64,000 nucleotides of DNA, taken from Proteromonas lacertae (Eukaryota). Positions 1 to 13,351 of this stretch are shown here, one piece after another. The stretch's first letter is position 1. Every line of letters starts with the position of its first letter. The notes under the pieces were generated by a model, which made no database searches, had not been told where the DNA came from, and was given only the letters and a program-made list of their open reading frames with translations. The DNA is taken from positions 372,001 to 436,000 of the forward strand of contig NGBS01000872.1 of assembly GCA_002245135.1 (NCBI GenBank). The letters run 5' to 3'. The position numbers and the translations under genes were made by a program.

Positions 1-1231
1 TGACTATTCACTTATAAATCTCGACAATCCAGCAGAATATTTCAAAAATAATAAATACAGTGTAATTAACAGTGTATGTAATGGAATTATGGCTATACAC
101 AATGAAGGATTATATCATGGAAATATAAAACCTTCCAACATACTATTCAACTTATCAAATGATTTATTTGTTGTAAGTGATTATTTAAGAAATGATTTGA
201 ATATTAATTCATCATCTGGTATTCCAATGAACTTAGATAATATTAGTTACATATCACCAGAAGCATTATCAAATAAAGAGATAGGTAAAGAAAGTGATAT
301 TTGGTGTATTGGATGTATTTATTATTATATTATAATTGGACATAATATATTTGAAGGAAAAACAATTATTGAGATAGGAAATAAAATATTGAATTGTAAT
401 TATGATAAACCAGATAATTTTGAAGATTTAAAAGCGATATTAAAGAATACCATTAACAAAAATGTGAATGATAGAATTGATATTGAAAAGCTGATATTGT
501 TGCTTGATGATATAAAACTAAAAGAATTACCAACTTCACCGATTTGTGATGATACTAGAGTAGATTTACCTACATTTATATACTCAAAAATATCAAGTGA
601 TAAAAGTATATATTATATATATTAGAATAATAATGTAAATAGAAGATCAAATAGATAAAACAATTATTGATTATAAGAGTAAAGAAAAAACAGAATTGAA
701 CTTCAGTGATAGTATGAATAAATGAATATAATTATTATGTATTTGTTATTTATAGTGGATATTGGTGATAGTGGTGTAGAATATATATGTTATCAACTCA
801 ATACACTTAGACATATTAAAGAATTGAATCTAAATTGTATTTACCATTCTATTCTATTTCAAAATAGTATGTAAAATTAATGATAGTGGTTTAGAATGTT
901 TATCAAATCATTTCAAGTATATTCCAGAATTAGAATCTTTGTGGATTGGTAGTAATAATATAACAGATGATGGGTTGAAACATTTGAGTAAAAACTGTAA
1001 ATATATACAAAAATTGAAGAAATTAGGATTAGCAAGTATAATTTTAGATATTTAATATGTATAGATAATAAGATATCAGATATAGGAGGTTATATTCTAG
1101 CTGAATGTTTAAAAGAATGTAGAGAATTGAATGTGTTGTGGATAAATGAAAATGTAGTTATAAAAAAAGAAAAGATAGAAGAGAGAATAAAAGAGAATCA
1201 CTCAAACAAAACATTATTTATCTCCATTTAA
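1..1231 (+). CDS. Pseudokinase-LRR protein, divergent family member (copy A), 5' end outside window
   Basis: Kinase C-lobe (YHGNIKPSNILF, SDY in place of DFG, YISPE, SDIWCIGC), then four phase-1 mini-introns and RI-like LRRs (IGDSGVEYIC, INDSGLECLS, NNITDDGLKTL, NKISDIGG); TAA at 1229-1231. Confidence 0.85.
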
Positions 1232-1270
1232 TAGATAGTAGTAATAATTGATAAGAAATATTATTAACTG

Positions 1271-4200
1271 TTATTCTATATTCAAGAATTCTTTTGATAA
1301 TTCTTTCTTTTCTTCTTCTGAAATTCCATCTAATTTTATCGTAACAATTGATGAAAATGTTTCTAAGAATGATTTTAATTTTTTTTTATCAATATTTTCT
1401 TTTACTGTTATTGATAATTCAACCAAATTATCAAATACTTCTTTGTTTCTTTTCATTAATCTCAATTCTCTTTCATCTAATTCATTTTTGGAGAGATTTA
1501 TCTTTTCTAATGGTTTATAATTTTTTAATCTTTTTATTAACATTTTCAATCCTTTTTCACTCATTCCAATATCTATTTGAATAAGAATAATATATTATAT
1601 TCATAAAATACTAGATAGATTTAATGATAAATTTAATAATTTTCCTATAACAAATTTATCAATATACTTACACATTATATCTATTCCTTCATCACCAATT
1701 GGATTATTATTAACTACAATATTATCTGCATTTTTTGATAATAAATTCATTAATTCATTAAATCCTTTTGAACTAATTCTATTGTTGGATAAATTAAGTG
1801 TTTTATAATTAATCCTTTTAATTTTAGAAATATGAGAATCATTCAAATCCATATCTATTCAGTTATTATATTTACTTTATACTTGAAAAATCATAAAAAT
1901 AATCTCCGAAAAGGTCATTTCTTTTCTTTTCAATACAATAATTCAAATAATACTCCAATTCTTCATTTGTCCATGATGAACATTTCATTTGAATAAATGG
2001 ATAACTATCATCTTTCAATGATTTTGGACATATTGATTTTAATCCATTCATTCCTATATTGTTTCCATTTAGATTTATAATGTCACATGTTCTTATTAAC
2101 TCTATATTATCTGCTAATAATATCATACTTTTATCATCTATTGATATATTACTCAAATTGGTTTCATTTAAATCTATCAACATATCTAAAAGGTTTGACA
2201 ATATCTTAAATCCATCATTACCTATTGGATTACCTATTAAACAAAGAATAAAATGATTTATATACTATGAATTATTAGCTTTACTATATTATCATTTTCA
2301 TTTAAATAATTCATCAAATTCTTTATTCCATCTGAATCTATATTATTGTATCTTATATCAAGACTTATTTCTTTGTCAATTTCTTTTATGCCTTGAATTA
2401 GATGGTTGAAGCCAATTGTTGATAATCTCATTTCTATTACATCAAATATAATAATTTTTACTTGAACAATTTATTGTATATGCTGAACATATTACATCAT
2501 AATCTGATAATAATTCTAAATGTGAAGATAATGATTTCATCCCTTCATCTCCTATTTCATTTCCATTCAACTTAAGTAAATTAAGATTTGAGAATGAAGA
2601 TAAATTGTTAATCAGTATTTCTACACTTTTGTGTGTCAGATTATTATCTAATTAATAGAAAAATATCATATTATACTTCTCAAATCTAGACATCTTATTT
2701 CTTTTAATTCATTAGATCTTAATGAAATGAATGATTTGAAAACATCATCATCAATTCTCAAATTATTCAGAATTAATTTATTCTCATCATCCCTGCTTTT
2801 TATGTATTTGATCAATTCTGGAATGCGTTTATTAACCAGTAACTCTTTATTTCCATTAAAATCAAATTGTATTTTTGAAATAGGATATTTTGAGAATAAT
2901 GATTCTAATCCTTTTGAATGAATATTACTATTCCCACTAATATCAATTTTCTTAAGATTTGGATATTTATATAATTCTTCTGATAATCTTTTCATTGATT
3001 GATTATTTAAATTCATATTTGAAATATCCAACTCATTGTTTTTGCTGATTAATAAATACAAGTATGGAAGCAATAATTTGAATCCTTTTGGACCAATCGG
3101 ATTGGCTATTTCATAATAATATAATATTAGAGTATAACAATACATGAAAGATTTAAGTATCGCAGTTTCATGAATGGAATTGATTTCACAAATGATTCAA
3201 TGAAATATGATGTGAGATGGCAATAATGTAAATCAAATTCTTGTAGATTTGATAATCCAGAAATACATAATCCAAATAATGATTGATTTTGGACTGAAGC
3301 ATCTAAAAATATATACAATTATAATAATACAAAATTCAAGTTTTGTTGGATTGATTAGTTTCAATACTTTAAACAAATATTTCATCCTTTTTTTACTATT
3401 ACACATACTATTTGCTCCAATTCGGATAAATCCTTTACAGTCAGTCACTATATTAAATAGCATCTCATCTAAATGACATTCTTTTCTATGAAAATTTAAC
3501 TCATTTTTTATTGTCAAATCGCTTTTGTATATCTTCATCATCAATAGGATTGATAGAATTCTTTCATTTGGTTTGTTGTTGTATAACTCGATTAATTCAT
3601 TTCGAATTTCTATTCAAATATTATTATAGTATTTATCATATATAATATATACTCTCATATCTATCGTTTTGCATATAATATTCAGCTTCACAAGTGGTAA
3701 ATGGAGATATATCTATTATATAGTCATTATTATATAGTGTTTCTTTTCTTTCTTCACATATCATTAAACTATCTTCTGAATCTTTTAACATCTCATTCAT
3801 CTTGATCATTTCAGAGTTTAACTCTTTTAAACTCAATCGATCTTCACTTTTTACTTTCAACATTCTGAATATCATCTCTTTTATAATTCCATCGCATTCC
3901 ACATCTAAATTGTATTTACATATCTGAATATTCTTTTTTGTTTTCATCATATTATCATCTTCATTAAATGGTAATTTCTTAAACATCATTTCATATAATA
4001 TACATCCGATTGACCAAATTACACTTCGATCATTACATTCTAAGCCATTTAACTCTTCTGGACTTTTGAAATTTATATCATACAATCTCATATCATCATC
4101 TTTTCTCAACAAATCCAAGAACAAATCACATAACTTTATATCATTTTCTCCTTCATATATGATGTTTGAACTCTTCAAATTACCAATTACTAAATCATAT

Positions 4201-4614
4201 TCACTCAAAATCAATAAACTATCACATATACCACAGATCACACACCTAATATCATCACTTGAAAGTGGTTTACTTTTTATCAACTCTTCTAAATCTCGGT
4301 AATAATAGCTTCTTTCATATTTCACCATATTAAACCCGATTATCTGGATTTGAGATGAATATGTAAATAATGGACAATGATCGAATAAAATTGAACTGTT
4401 TTCATTAAATTGCATCATCATTTTTTCTTTTATTCCATCTACATGAATTATTTTCACCATTTTAACCTCATTATCATGTTTTACGACTAAATCTACTTCG
4501 TTTCTACCACTTTCGGCCTTTCTTTTTATCTATAATATATAACAATTAAAATACTTCAAAATCAGAGGATATTGATGATAATATATCATCACTGAAAATA
4601 TTTAAACTATTCAT
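1271..4614 (-). CDS. Pseudokinase-LRR protein (copy B), 10 exons
   Basis: ATG 4614 (MNSLNIFSDD), phase-0 intron 4530-4554, kinase-like exon (VIGNLKSSNII, CDLF, KSPEE, WSIGC), then eight phase-1 introns separating LRR-region exons (NPIGPKGF, GNEIGDEGM, NNPIGDEGI); splice junctions join in frame. Confidence 0.9.
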
Positions 4615-5099
4615 CTTCAAACTTGTTTGTTATTTAAATAATTATACACGATAAGAATTTTCTAAGTGCTTTTTGTGACTTTAAATAGATTTTTCTCAAT
4701 AACTATAAGGAATAAAATAGTAAAAATTTGTCAAACGATGTATCATGCTTTGAGCTTTATCATAGTATACTTAGTTTCATAATTACCTCTTTCATGTCAT
4801 TCGTCTGTTTTTGATATGTTACATTATAATTGAATAACAACAAACATAAATAATAACATTGATATATTTTTATTTGATTTATATCATTTATTAGCTTTAA
4901 AAACTATAATACATCTCGAACTGTACTGATTTTAAATACCACGTATTTGGCTAATAGGGACTGAAATATGTTAATAAATTTTATACGTAATCACTACCTA
5001 TATACGATATGTATAGTATAGGAGTATTCCAGAAAGGACGATATTAATTTTGACTAGGTAATTGAATGTAATCATGATATTATGTGATTTTTGATGTAT

Positions 5100-6745
5100 G
5101 TGTGTGTAGTTAAATAGAGCCATATTGCTATTTTTGACTAATTGCTTCTAATTAAGAAGATATCAAAATATTTTTCATATCAGCACTATATGCTGTATTA
5201 TTATGTTAATCTGAATAGCTAAACCCCATAAATACACTGTATAACATATATTATAGATAAATTACTGAATCAATATTCTTCTCCCCTGGAATTCTGTTGC
5301 TATTCTAATAAAATAACTATTAAAATATAAAAATAACTATAATACTTATATAATCATCTATAATATCTATAAACATAATAACAAATTAAAACATACCAGT
5401 ATAGCTTAACATGCAAGTTGCTGATATTCTCTGCCTTTCATCGATTAGTACAATGCTAAACAGCTATAATAAAATATAATATACTAAAATAGTTATACTT
5501 TTTCTAATTATAAAATATAATATATAAACTGGATGTTTCTACTGTTCTTCACCTGGAATTCTAATGCAATTCATCTAATGATAATATATAAATAAGAATA
5601 TACTTTGAATTATTGAAATTATATTCAATACTCTACTAACAATATATAAATAAGAATAATATACTAATATACTTATAAGAATATATTCATTTACCTATTA
5701 TAAAATAATAAAAATAATACTGGATATACTAACTCAATAATACCACTATATACAAATCCAAATGTTATTTTCATATAATGGAGTAAAAACTAATAGAGTA
5801 AATAATAGATCAAATACTTCTTAAATATAGGATTATCATTAACTTGATTCAATAAATACAATGATTGAACTGTTTCTAAATCAATTAATCCAAGAATAAC
5901 ATCAGCTAAATACTCTTGAATTGGAGATGGTTTAGAAGCTTCCAAGTTTTTTAATTACTATGAATAAATAAAATAAAATCAGAATATTCGTATCATCATA
6001 CTTAATTTTCGTGTTCTCATCGAATGAATTGTTGAACTTACGATATATGTCTTTTCTACAGTTACTGTTTTGGCAACACCTGAAATCACACCAATTGTTG
6101 AATAAACATACCTAATAATTCATCCTAACAAAAATAATTATAAAAAATATACTAATTCATCTTAGCTTCTTCATCATCAGACTTTACTATTTTATATTAT
6201 AATAACAATTATACTTATTTGTATTTGTTGGATTAATCGTTGATGGTAAACTTGGTTTATATTCTAATTATCCTAGTCTGACACCTAATTTAGATAATAA
6301 AATATATGATAATTGCTATAATACCAATATGCTAAATTAACAGAAATAGTTGAATTTCCTACTACTTATAACTCGAATAATATGTTGTACATCAAAAGTG
6401 CCAAATGTATTAACAAGGTAAAAGTTTGTATATGTAGTTGATGAGCTTTAGTAAGACAGACTAAATCAAAGATGATAGTTGTATTTTTTTCTTCAAATGT
6501 TCTTAATTCTTCCCTTAGTTATAATATCTTTGATTTTTAATTATTAGAACTATTATCTAATTAACATATATGATAATATTATACTTCCTTCAACAATTAT
6601 AATCAATTCCTGCTCTTTGTATTGTTTTGTATATTTCTTATCTGTAATAACAACACTTGTGCTGCCATTGTTATATTCTATATAAAATTATATACTATAT
6701 ATACTCATAACACAACAGAAGAAAAAAGAATTAAAGTGTATTTCA
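5100..6745 (-). pseudogene. Decayed multi-intron gene for a probable secreted/surface protein, possibly with a putative Ig (He_PIG-like) repeat
   Basis: Signal-peptide-like remnant LKYTLILFSSVVL* near 6745; many GT..AG mini-introns still visible; exon fragments with stops and frameshifts; fragment STIGVISGVAKTVTVEKTYIVSST (about 6030-6105) resembles the TG.ISG.P...Y.V pattern; boundaries approximate. Confidence 0.45.
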
Positions 6746-7506
6746 AAAATTATATTCGTTTCAGTTTTTAAGTTTTGAGAAATTAAATGAATGTATAAGT
6801 TTAGATTATTTTTATTATAGTGAATAGATAATAATATATAGTGTACATGTCAATTTGATGTTTGATTCACATAAAGATGCTTAAAATAAATATCCAAGTA
6901 AAAATGTGAAGTGAAAGGCGGTTAAGAGAAAGTAAATATGCAAATTAATCTATTGGCTATATAAGTTATTGTCTAAAAATCAAATTTCAATAGATTCAAG
7001 GAATTATTTTATATGTGATTGTATTTATACTAATGTTACAACAAATTACTATCATGTGAGTAGAATGAGTATAGTGAGTAATTTTTCGACTTGGTTATGC
7101 AAATTGTGAATATAGGAAGTGAAGAGAAGAGAGAATATGATAAACCTAAGAGAATATTACAATCTTCCACATGTTTATACTATTAATTCAGTAGTAAATG
7201 TTCGAATTGGATTTGTTTCTTATTTAGGTTGGATATTACAACAACTAAGATAACACCGAATATGTTATATGCAAAAGTATCATTAGCTAATGATTATTTG
7301 AATTAGTGTTATTATAAACTGATATACAGGTAAAATAAAAGCTTCCTATACATTTGATGTATGGTTTTTATAATAGAAACAGATAATGGTGACTAATACT
7401 CATCATCCATTATAAATGTAATAATAGATACCTAAGCCACTGACTATTTGTCAGGATGACTTAAGAATACTCTGTAGCAATATAACGGTTATTTCCCCCT
7501 TTGGCT

Positions 7507-7624
7507 TATTACTATTGCTATTACTATTACTATTATTATTATTATTATATAGATATATATTATATTACTTTATAATGAAAAAATAAAAAAGAATAAAAAA
7601 GAATAAAAAAGAATAAAAGAGAAT
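7507..7624 (+). repeat. Low-complexity tracts just upstream of the transposase ORF
   Basis: (TTACTA/TTA)n tract about 7507-7547 and 10-bp unit GAATAAAAAA repeated about 4 times at 7581-7624. Confidence 0.8.
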
Positions 7625-7642
7625 TAATATTTATATATAAAT

Positions 7643-10600
7643 ATGAAATTTTTAGACATTCTAGTTCAATTATACCCTAATATAATACATGATGATGTTT
7701 ATTATAGTAATTCTTACAACGTGTTGGTAGTTGATGATACTATTTATAATTTCAATGAAAATACTCAAAAATATTATGAAGTAGTTTTTTATGAAGAATT
7801 CACAAATATTGATGAATTAATTAATATATACAATAATAAGAAAGTAAATATATATTTTCAAACAGACAAACCATCCATCATCATTACATTGTTAAGATTT
7901 AATGTTATTATAATTTATAAAAATCAATTCATATCTACAAAAGTGGCTCAATATTACTTAAGACAAAATTTAGATAATAAAAATGAAGATTTTCTTTTCT
8001 ATAATAATGAAAAAGATGTAATAATGGATAAAGTTATTGATAACTTTCTATTTCTTGCTTTTATATATTTCAGTAAAGTAATTACTACAAATGTAGAAAG
8101 AAATATACCATTGTTTTATAAGTTAATTGATTGTTATAAAAGAATTAATAATAAATACAGAGATTTTGGAAAGTGTGTAAAATATGTATTTGATGTAATA
8201 GGAGAGTTGGATAGAGAAATTATAAAGAAAGCAAATGAAGAGGTTATAATAGAGAAATTATATTATCCTCAATTCTATAAAAGTTTTAATGTAATAAAGG
8301 GAAAAACAATCAATTATAATAAAAAAATGGTAAGTAGTATTAATGATATAGATTATATAAATAATAATTATTGTGTATTAGATTCTATCAATCCATTTTT
8401 ATTCAAAAGAAATTATACTAGTAAAAAATCAGTGGAAGATATGGAATATTTGGTTGGTAAATCAATTAGAATTGATTTTCCTTATTATTTAACAAATGTA
8501 ATAATTGATAGAATATTGTCATATAATTATACAATACAAAGTAAAGGATATGTTACAAGATCAAGTAGAAACAATAAATCAGCTGTATTAGATTTTTTGA
8601 AAATTAAAGAAACAATTAATGAAGAATATAGAAAAGGTAAGTACATTATTCAATACTCTGTAGAAGATAAAGTTCATTATATTTCACTAGATGAAATAAA
8701 TATTGATAGTGTAATGAATAGAGGAAAAAGAAAAAGAAGAGAAAAAGTAATTAATAGAGAAGATACACACAATAATAAAAGAATAGATGTTGATAATAAT
8801 AATATAAGTAACGAATATGATGATATTGCAGCAGATGGTTATGAAGATGAAACAGATAGTTCTGACAATGATGATAATACTAATGATGAAGATTATAATA
8901 TTCTTAATAATATAACAAAGAATGACATTTCTAATAGAAATAATAATGTATATGATGAAGATAGTAATGATGGAGATGAAATTGAATTAGAAATAATGAC
9001 TGATGAAGAGGAAATAGCTGTAGATGAAAATGGAAGAGATGGTAATGATGATGGATATGTTGGTTTTCGTGATGATGATGATGATAACGATGAAATATTA
9101 GATGATTCAGTATTATATGATGATAGAGATAGTGAATATGAAGGTAGAAATGGCGATAGTGATAAAGAAAAATTATCGGTATACTTATACTATTTCTTTC
9201 TGAAGAATTCTATATCTCAAGATAAAGTAAATAAGTTATTGAAACAATTAAACTCAATAGAAACAATAAAGAATTTACATTTAAAAGAAACATTCAAGCC
9301 TTTACGAGATTATGTTGAAAAGGTAGTAGGATTAAAAAAACCAGACAAAAATAATTATATTACAATTGAAAGTGGGATTAGAAAAATGTTGAAGAAGAAA
9401 ATAATTAAATTTGATGATTCAATTAATAATAATAAAAGCAAATATAAGAGCATTTATAGTAGTAACAATTACAAAAACATTTATAATTTAGATGTAAATA
9501 GAGAAAATTTCAGACATATTTTGTTACAGATCAGTAGTGATGGTGTTGAAATAAATCACTTTAGCTTTATTAAAAAAAGTGTAAATGTTTTATCATACAA
9601 AGTATTAAATAATTATAATGACAGTAAATTACTTCAAGTAATAAATATAAGTGATAATGATGATAATATAAATGATATTACAAAATTAGTAGTTGATGAA
9701 TTAAACAATATATTTATTAAAGGTATAGAGGTAGAAGGTGTCAAATATAATATATATTTGGTAAGTATAGTAGGTGATATGATTGGAATAATAAAACTAA
9801 TGAAATTACATAATTTCGTAGGTAGTAATAGTTTCTGTAGAACTTGCACAGCAACTACCAAAATCATTACTATTAATAAAATAATCAATAATGTTGTAGT
9901 TGAAGAAAAATTAAAAATAAAAGACTCAATGAGAGCTTATAAGAAGAAGTATCAGAATTTATATCCTCAATTTTATCAATATAAAGAAAAAAGACTATTC
10001 CATATATTTAATAACTATTCATATAGTAGATTTTTAAGAACTTTCAATAAAAAGCAACACAAAGAAGATATACAAAGCAGTTTTCGATCATTAATTTACT
10101 ATGACATTAACTTAATAACTTTTGATGCGATGCATACAATAAACAACTGTTTTAATAGGTTTTATGATCAAATGAAAGACAATATAATTAATTTATACAA
10201 CAATAATCAATTTAAAATGGTTTATACTCAATCTTCATCATTTTACAATCTTCAGCTAAATAAATTTACAAAGTATAACATGATAGAACAAAACCACTTC
10301 TTTTTATATATCCTACCTCTAATGATAATAAAATTAAGAAAAGAGAGTGAAATAATGATTTATGATGGATTATTCAACATCATAGATATAGTAAATAATG
10401 CATTAAACTATCAATTCAGTAATATCACTTTAAATAAGATGGAAGACATTTTAGTAACTAATTTAAATATTATGGAATTATATATATTCTTCACTCCATC
10501 CTGTCATGATTTGGTTCACTTAATTAAATATTTGTCTAATATAGGCCCGCTTATTCACCAGAGTACAAGTGTTTATGAAAGAAGTTATAAACAAATAAAA

Positions 10601-11035
10601 AACATCTCTATAAGTAATAATCATCAAAAAACATCAATCTTAAATACAATATCATCAATTAACCAAATATATGTTTATAATTATAATGAAAAAATGAAGA
10701 TCAATAGAAAATATAATCTAGTTATTAATGATTCTAGATCAATATCTGACCTTTTTAAAACATTTCCATCTATTCATTATTATTCAATTATATCCTTCCA
10801 TAGTGGAGAAAATATTCATTTTGGTATTATAAAGTCAATAAATAATTCGCAAATCCATTATAATGAAATAAATGTTACAAAAATTACATTAACAATATAC
10901 AAATATATAAGCATTACTACATTGGATAAAATTGTTGATATAAATGATATTATTATATTTAATAATATATTCAAATTCAGTGATGTAGAATATTATATCT
11001 TTATTAGTGAAATAACATTCTATAAAGATTTGTAG
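7643..11035 (+). mobile_element. Intronless 1130-aa DDE transposase of the CMC (EnSpm/CACTA-Mirage-Chapaev) type
   Basis: Ordered motifs LQISSDG (D, 9539), VDEL..IFIKGIEV, IVGDMIG (D, 9776), F.G...CRTC, FDAMH, TPSCHDLVHL...GPL...STSVYERSY (E, 10577); NLS-like RGKRKRREK; acidic linker; element termini not resolved. Confidence 0.8.
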
Positions 11036-11115
11036 TTTAATCAATTAATATTCTAAATGTTTAATAATATTTGTTTGTTAAATATATGATGAAATCAAAT
11101 ACATTTGTTGTATAA

Positions 11116-11608
11116 CGTTGGGAGATAAATGGATTTTAGATTGCGTTGAAGTTATAAACGTAATCTAAATCCCATAAATATTACAAAAATACACTTATAT
11201 TTTATTGTTCTGGTTACTCAGTTATATATGTATCACTGCTTGTTTATACTTAATATTAAACATCTGTAGCAATAGTAGAAAACGAAATTAAGGCTAAAAA
11301 TGATTAGAATTAGATAACTTTAATTTCTTTATACTTAATATTGAATTTGAAATTATAGGCTTGAAAGAGGTTTGAACTCAATTTTTATTTTTCCTTTTTT
11401 AATTACCTTAACATCTTTTTTTTCACATCTTATTCATCTCAGGTGATGAATTTTTGTCTCCAGAAGCTTTAAATAAAATATATCGCAAATGTAGCTTATA
11501 TACCAAAATAAGATTATATTTGAATATAACTCACTACCTAGCCCTCTACTGTCATATTATTTTCTATAAAACCCATTTATCTCCCAACGGCATAAATCTC
11601 CTAATGGC
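11116..11608. repeat. 23-bp inverted repeat pair with internal hairpin and a third degenerate copy
   Basis: CGTTGGGAGATAAATGGATTTTA (11116-11138) vs reverse complement of 11567-11589, 22/23 identical; hairpin 11129-11147/11157-11175; degenerate copy 11592-11608. Confidence 0.85.
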
Positions 11609-11649
11609 TTATAACAACATCGCATAATTCAATCAATTAAAATACTTCT

Positions 11650-11870
11650 CTTTACTGTCTTCTTCTCTTCTTGTCTTTTTCTAATACCTCTTCTTATTCC
11701 TCAACATTATCTAATCTATTTATTCCTAAATTATCATCTTTGAACTTCTTTATATCACTTTCGTATATTAACAATGTAATTATTTCATCATTTTCATCAC
11801 ACATTTCTTCTTTATAATTGTTTCTTAATCATCAATGTATAAATCATTTACTTTTTCATTAAATGTATAT
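11650..11870 (-). pseudogene. Coding-like fragment with in-frame stops
   Basis: Reads TFNEKVNDLYIDD*ETIIKEEMCDENDEIITLLIYESDIKKFKDDNLGINRLDNVEE*EEVLEKDKKRRRQ*. Confidence 0.4.
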
Positions 11871-13351
11871 ACACATGATACTATGAATATTATTCTATAC
11901 AATTAGCAAATATATGCATGTTTATATACAAAAATAGTTAAAATAACTAATTACAATCAAAATGATAATATTTTACACAAATAATAAAATTACATTAAAA
12001 GATGACAATTACATGTATTTTTACTTCTTTTACTTTTTTTATTTTCTCATTTTTCTCTTCATATACTAATGAATATGTATTAATTTCTCTATCATGAATC
12101 AAATAAATAAATATTCAATCTGAAGTTATATGTAATATAGGTTGCTAATCACTTTTTCTACTATATTACTTTGAAAGTGCATATAACGCAATATAAATTT
12201 TATAATTATACAATTAAACATTAGATATAACTATATAACAACTAATTAGAATAGATCCTCTAAATTTGAAATGTCATTTATATACAAGGAGATATTTTCT
12301 TAGCTTTACTCACATAGATTTACAATTTATATATTATCTTTAAGAATAATTCGAGAATTCTAATAAGTCTTCGGTACAAAGTGATTGCCCAGTGTTTGAT
12401 AGTTTACTAATAGCAAGCGAATTTAGTTATGAAATATTACTTAATTTAGAAATATTGTTGGTTCTGTCGAGTTGGAATTTCTATTAAAAGTCTATCTAAA
12501 AAGTATTAAAATTTGATATTTTTAATTTATAGCTAAATACAAACTTCAACATGTAATTAATAGATGTGTAGAGTATTGGCTTTTTATTCAAACTTAAAGA
12601 CAATTAAAAAACGAAAAGAAAATGGTGTTAAAGTCAAAATTCAACGAGCCCAGCTTGGGTCAAGTATATAAGTCCTATTTGCAAAATAGATTAGAATTCT
12701 TATAGTGTAACGTCTATTTTCAATTTTGAATTTTGTTTTATTATATAGATGATTTGATACAGAAAAAGTTATTGAATAATTATAACACATGATGATAAAT
12801 AATTTTCTAACACTCTATCTTCAAAGTCAAAGTAATCAATAAGAATGAGGAATATTATCAGCAAATTTTGCTAGAATTTTTTCCTGAATTACAACAATAT
12901 GCATTATATTATTGAAAAAAGCCTTTTAATAATTCAATTTTTTTAAAATGCAGAAATGAGAGCCAATATATAGTTTTAACATGAAAAAATGTGTAAAAAT
13001 TCGTTAAATAATAATTATCTGTAACTCTGTGTGTTAATAAGCAACATGTAGATTCTATTCTGTCAGATTATTAATTTTCTTTATTAGTTGTTATATCTAT
13101 GTTATACAAATGAAGAAGTGGTGACTGTACTAATCTTGTGTTTGATCAAATTATTTAATAGTAATAAATATATATATTTTGGTGTGTGCGTCAATACTTT
13201 CACATGATTCTTTTATTCAATTTAGTCTCTTTATGAATTATTCATTTTAATTATAATTTAGATATCTAATCTATCTTATATGACAAAAAGAGCAGAAACT
13301 ACACAGTATGTAAAATAAATGTAATTCAATAAAAATAACAATATTAAACAG

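Noticed and set aside
4992..12707. CACTA...TAGTG terminal inverted repeats for the transposon (CACTA at 4992 and 11532; TAGTG near 12703)
   Set aside because: Sequences beyond the pentamer are not complementary and no 3-bp TSD was seen; the CACTACCTA copies at 4992 and 11532 are in the same orientation.
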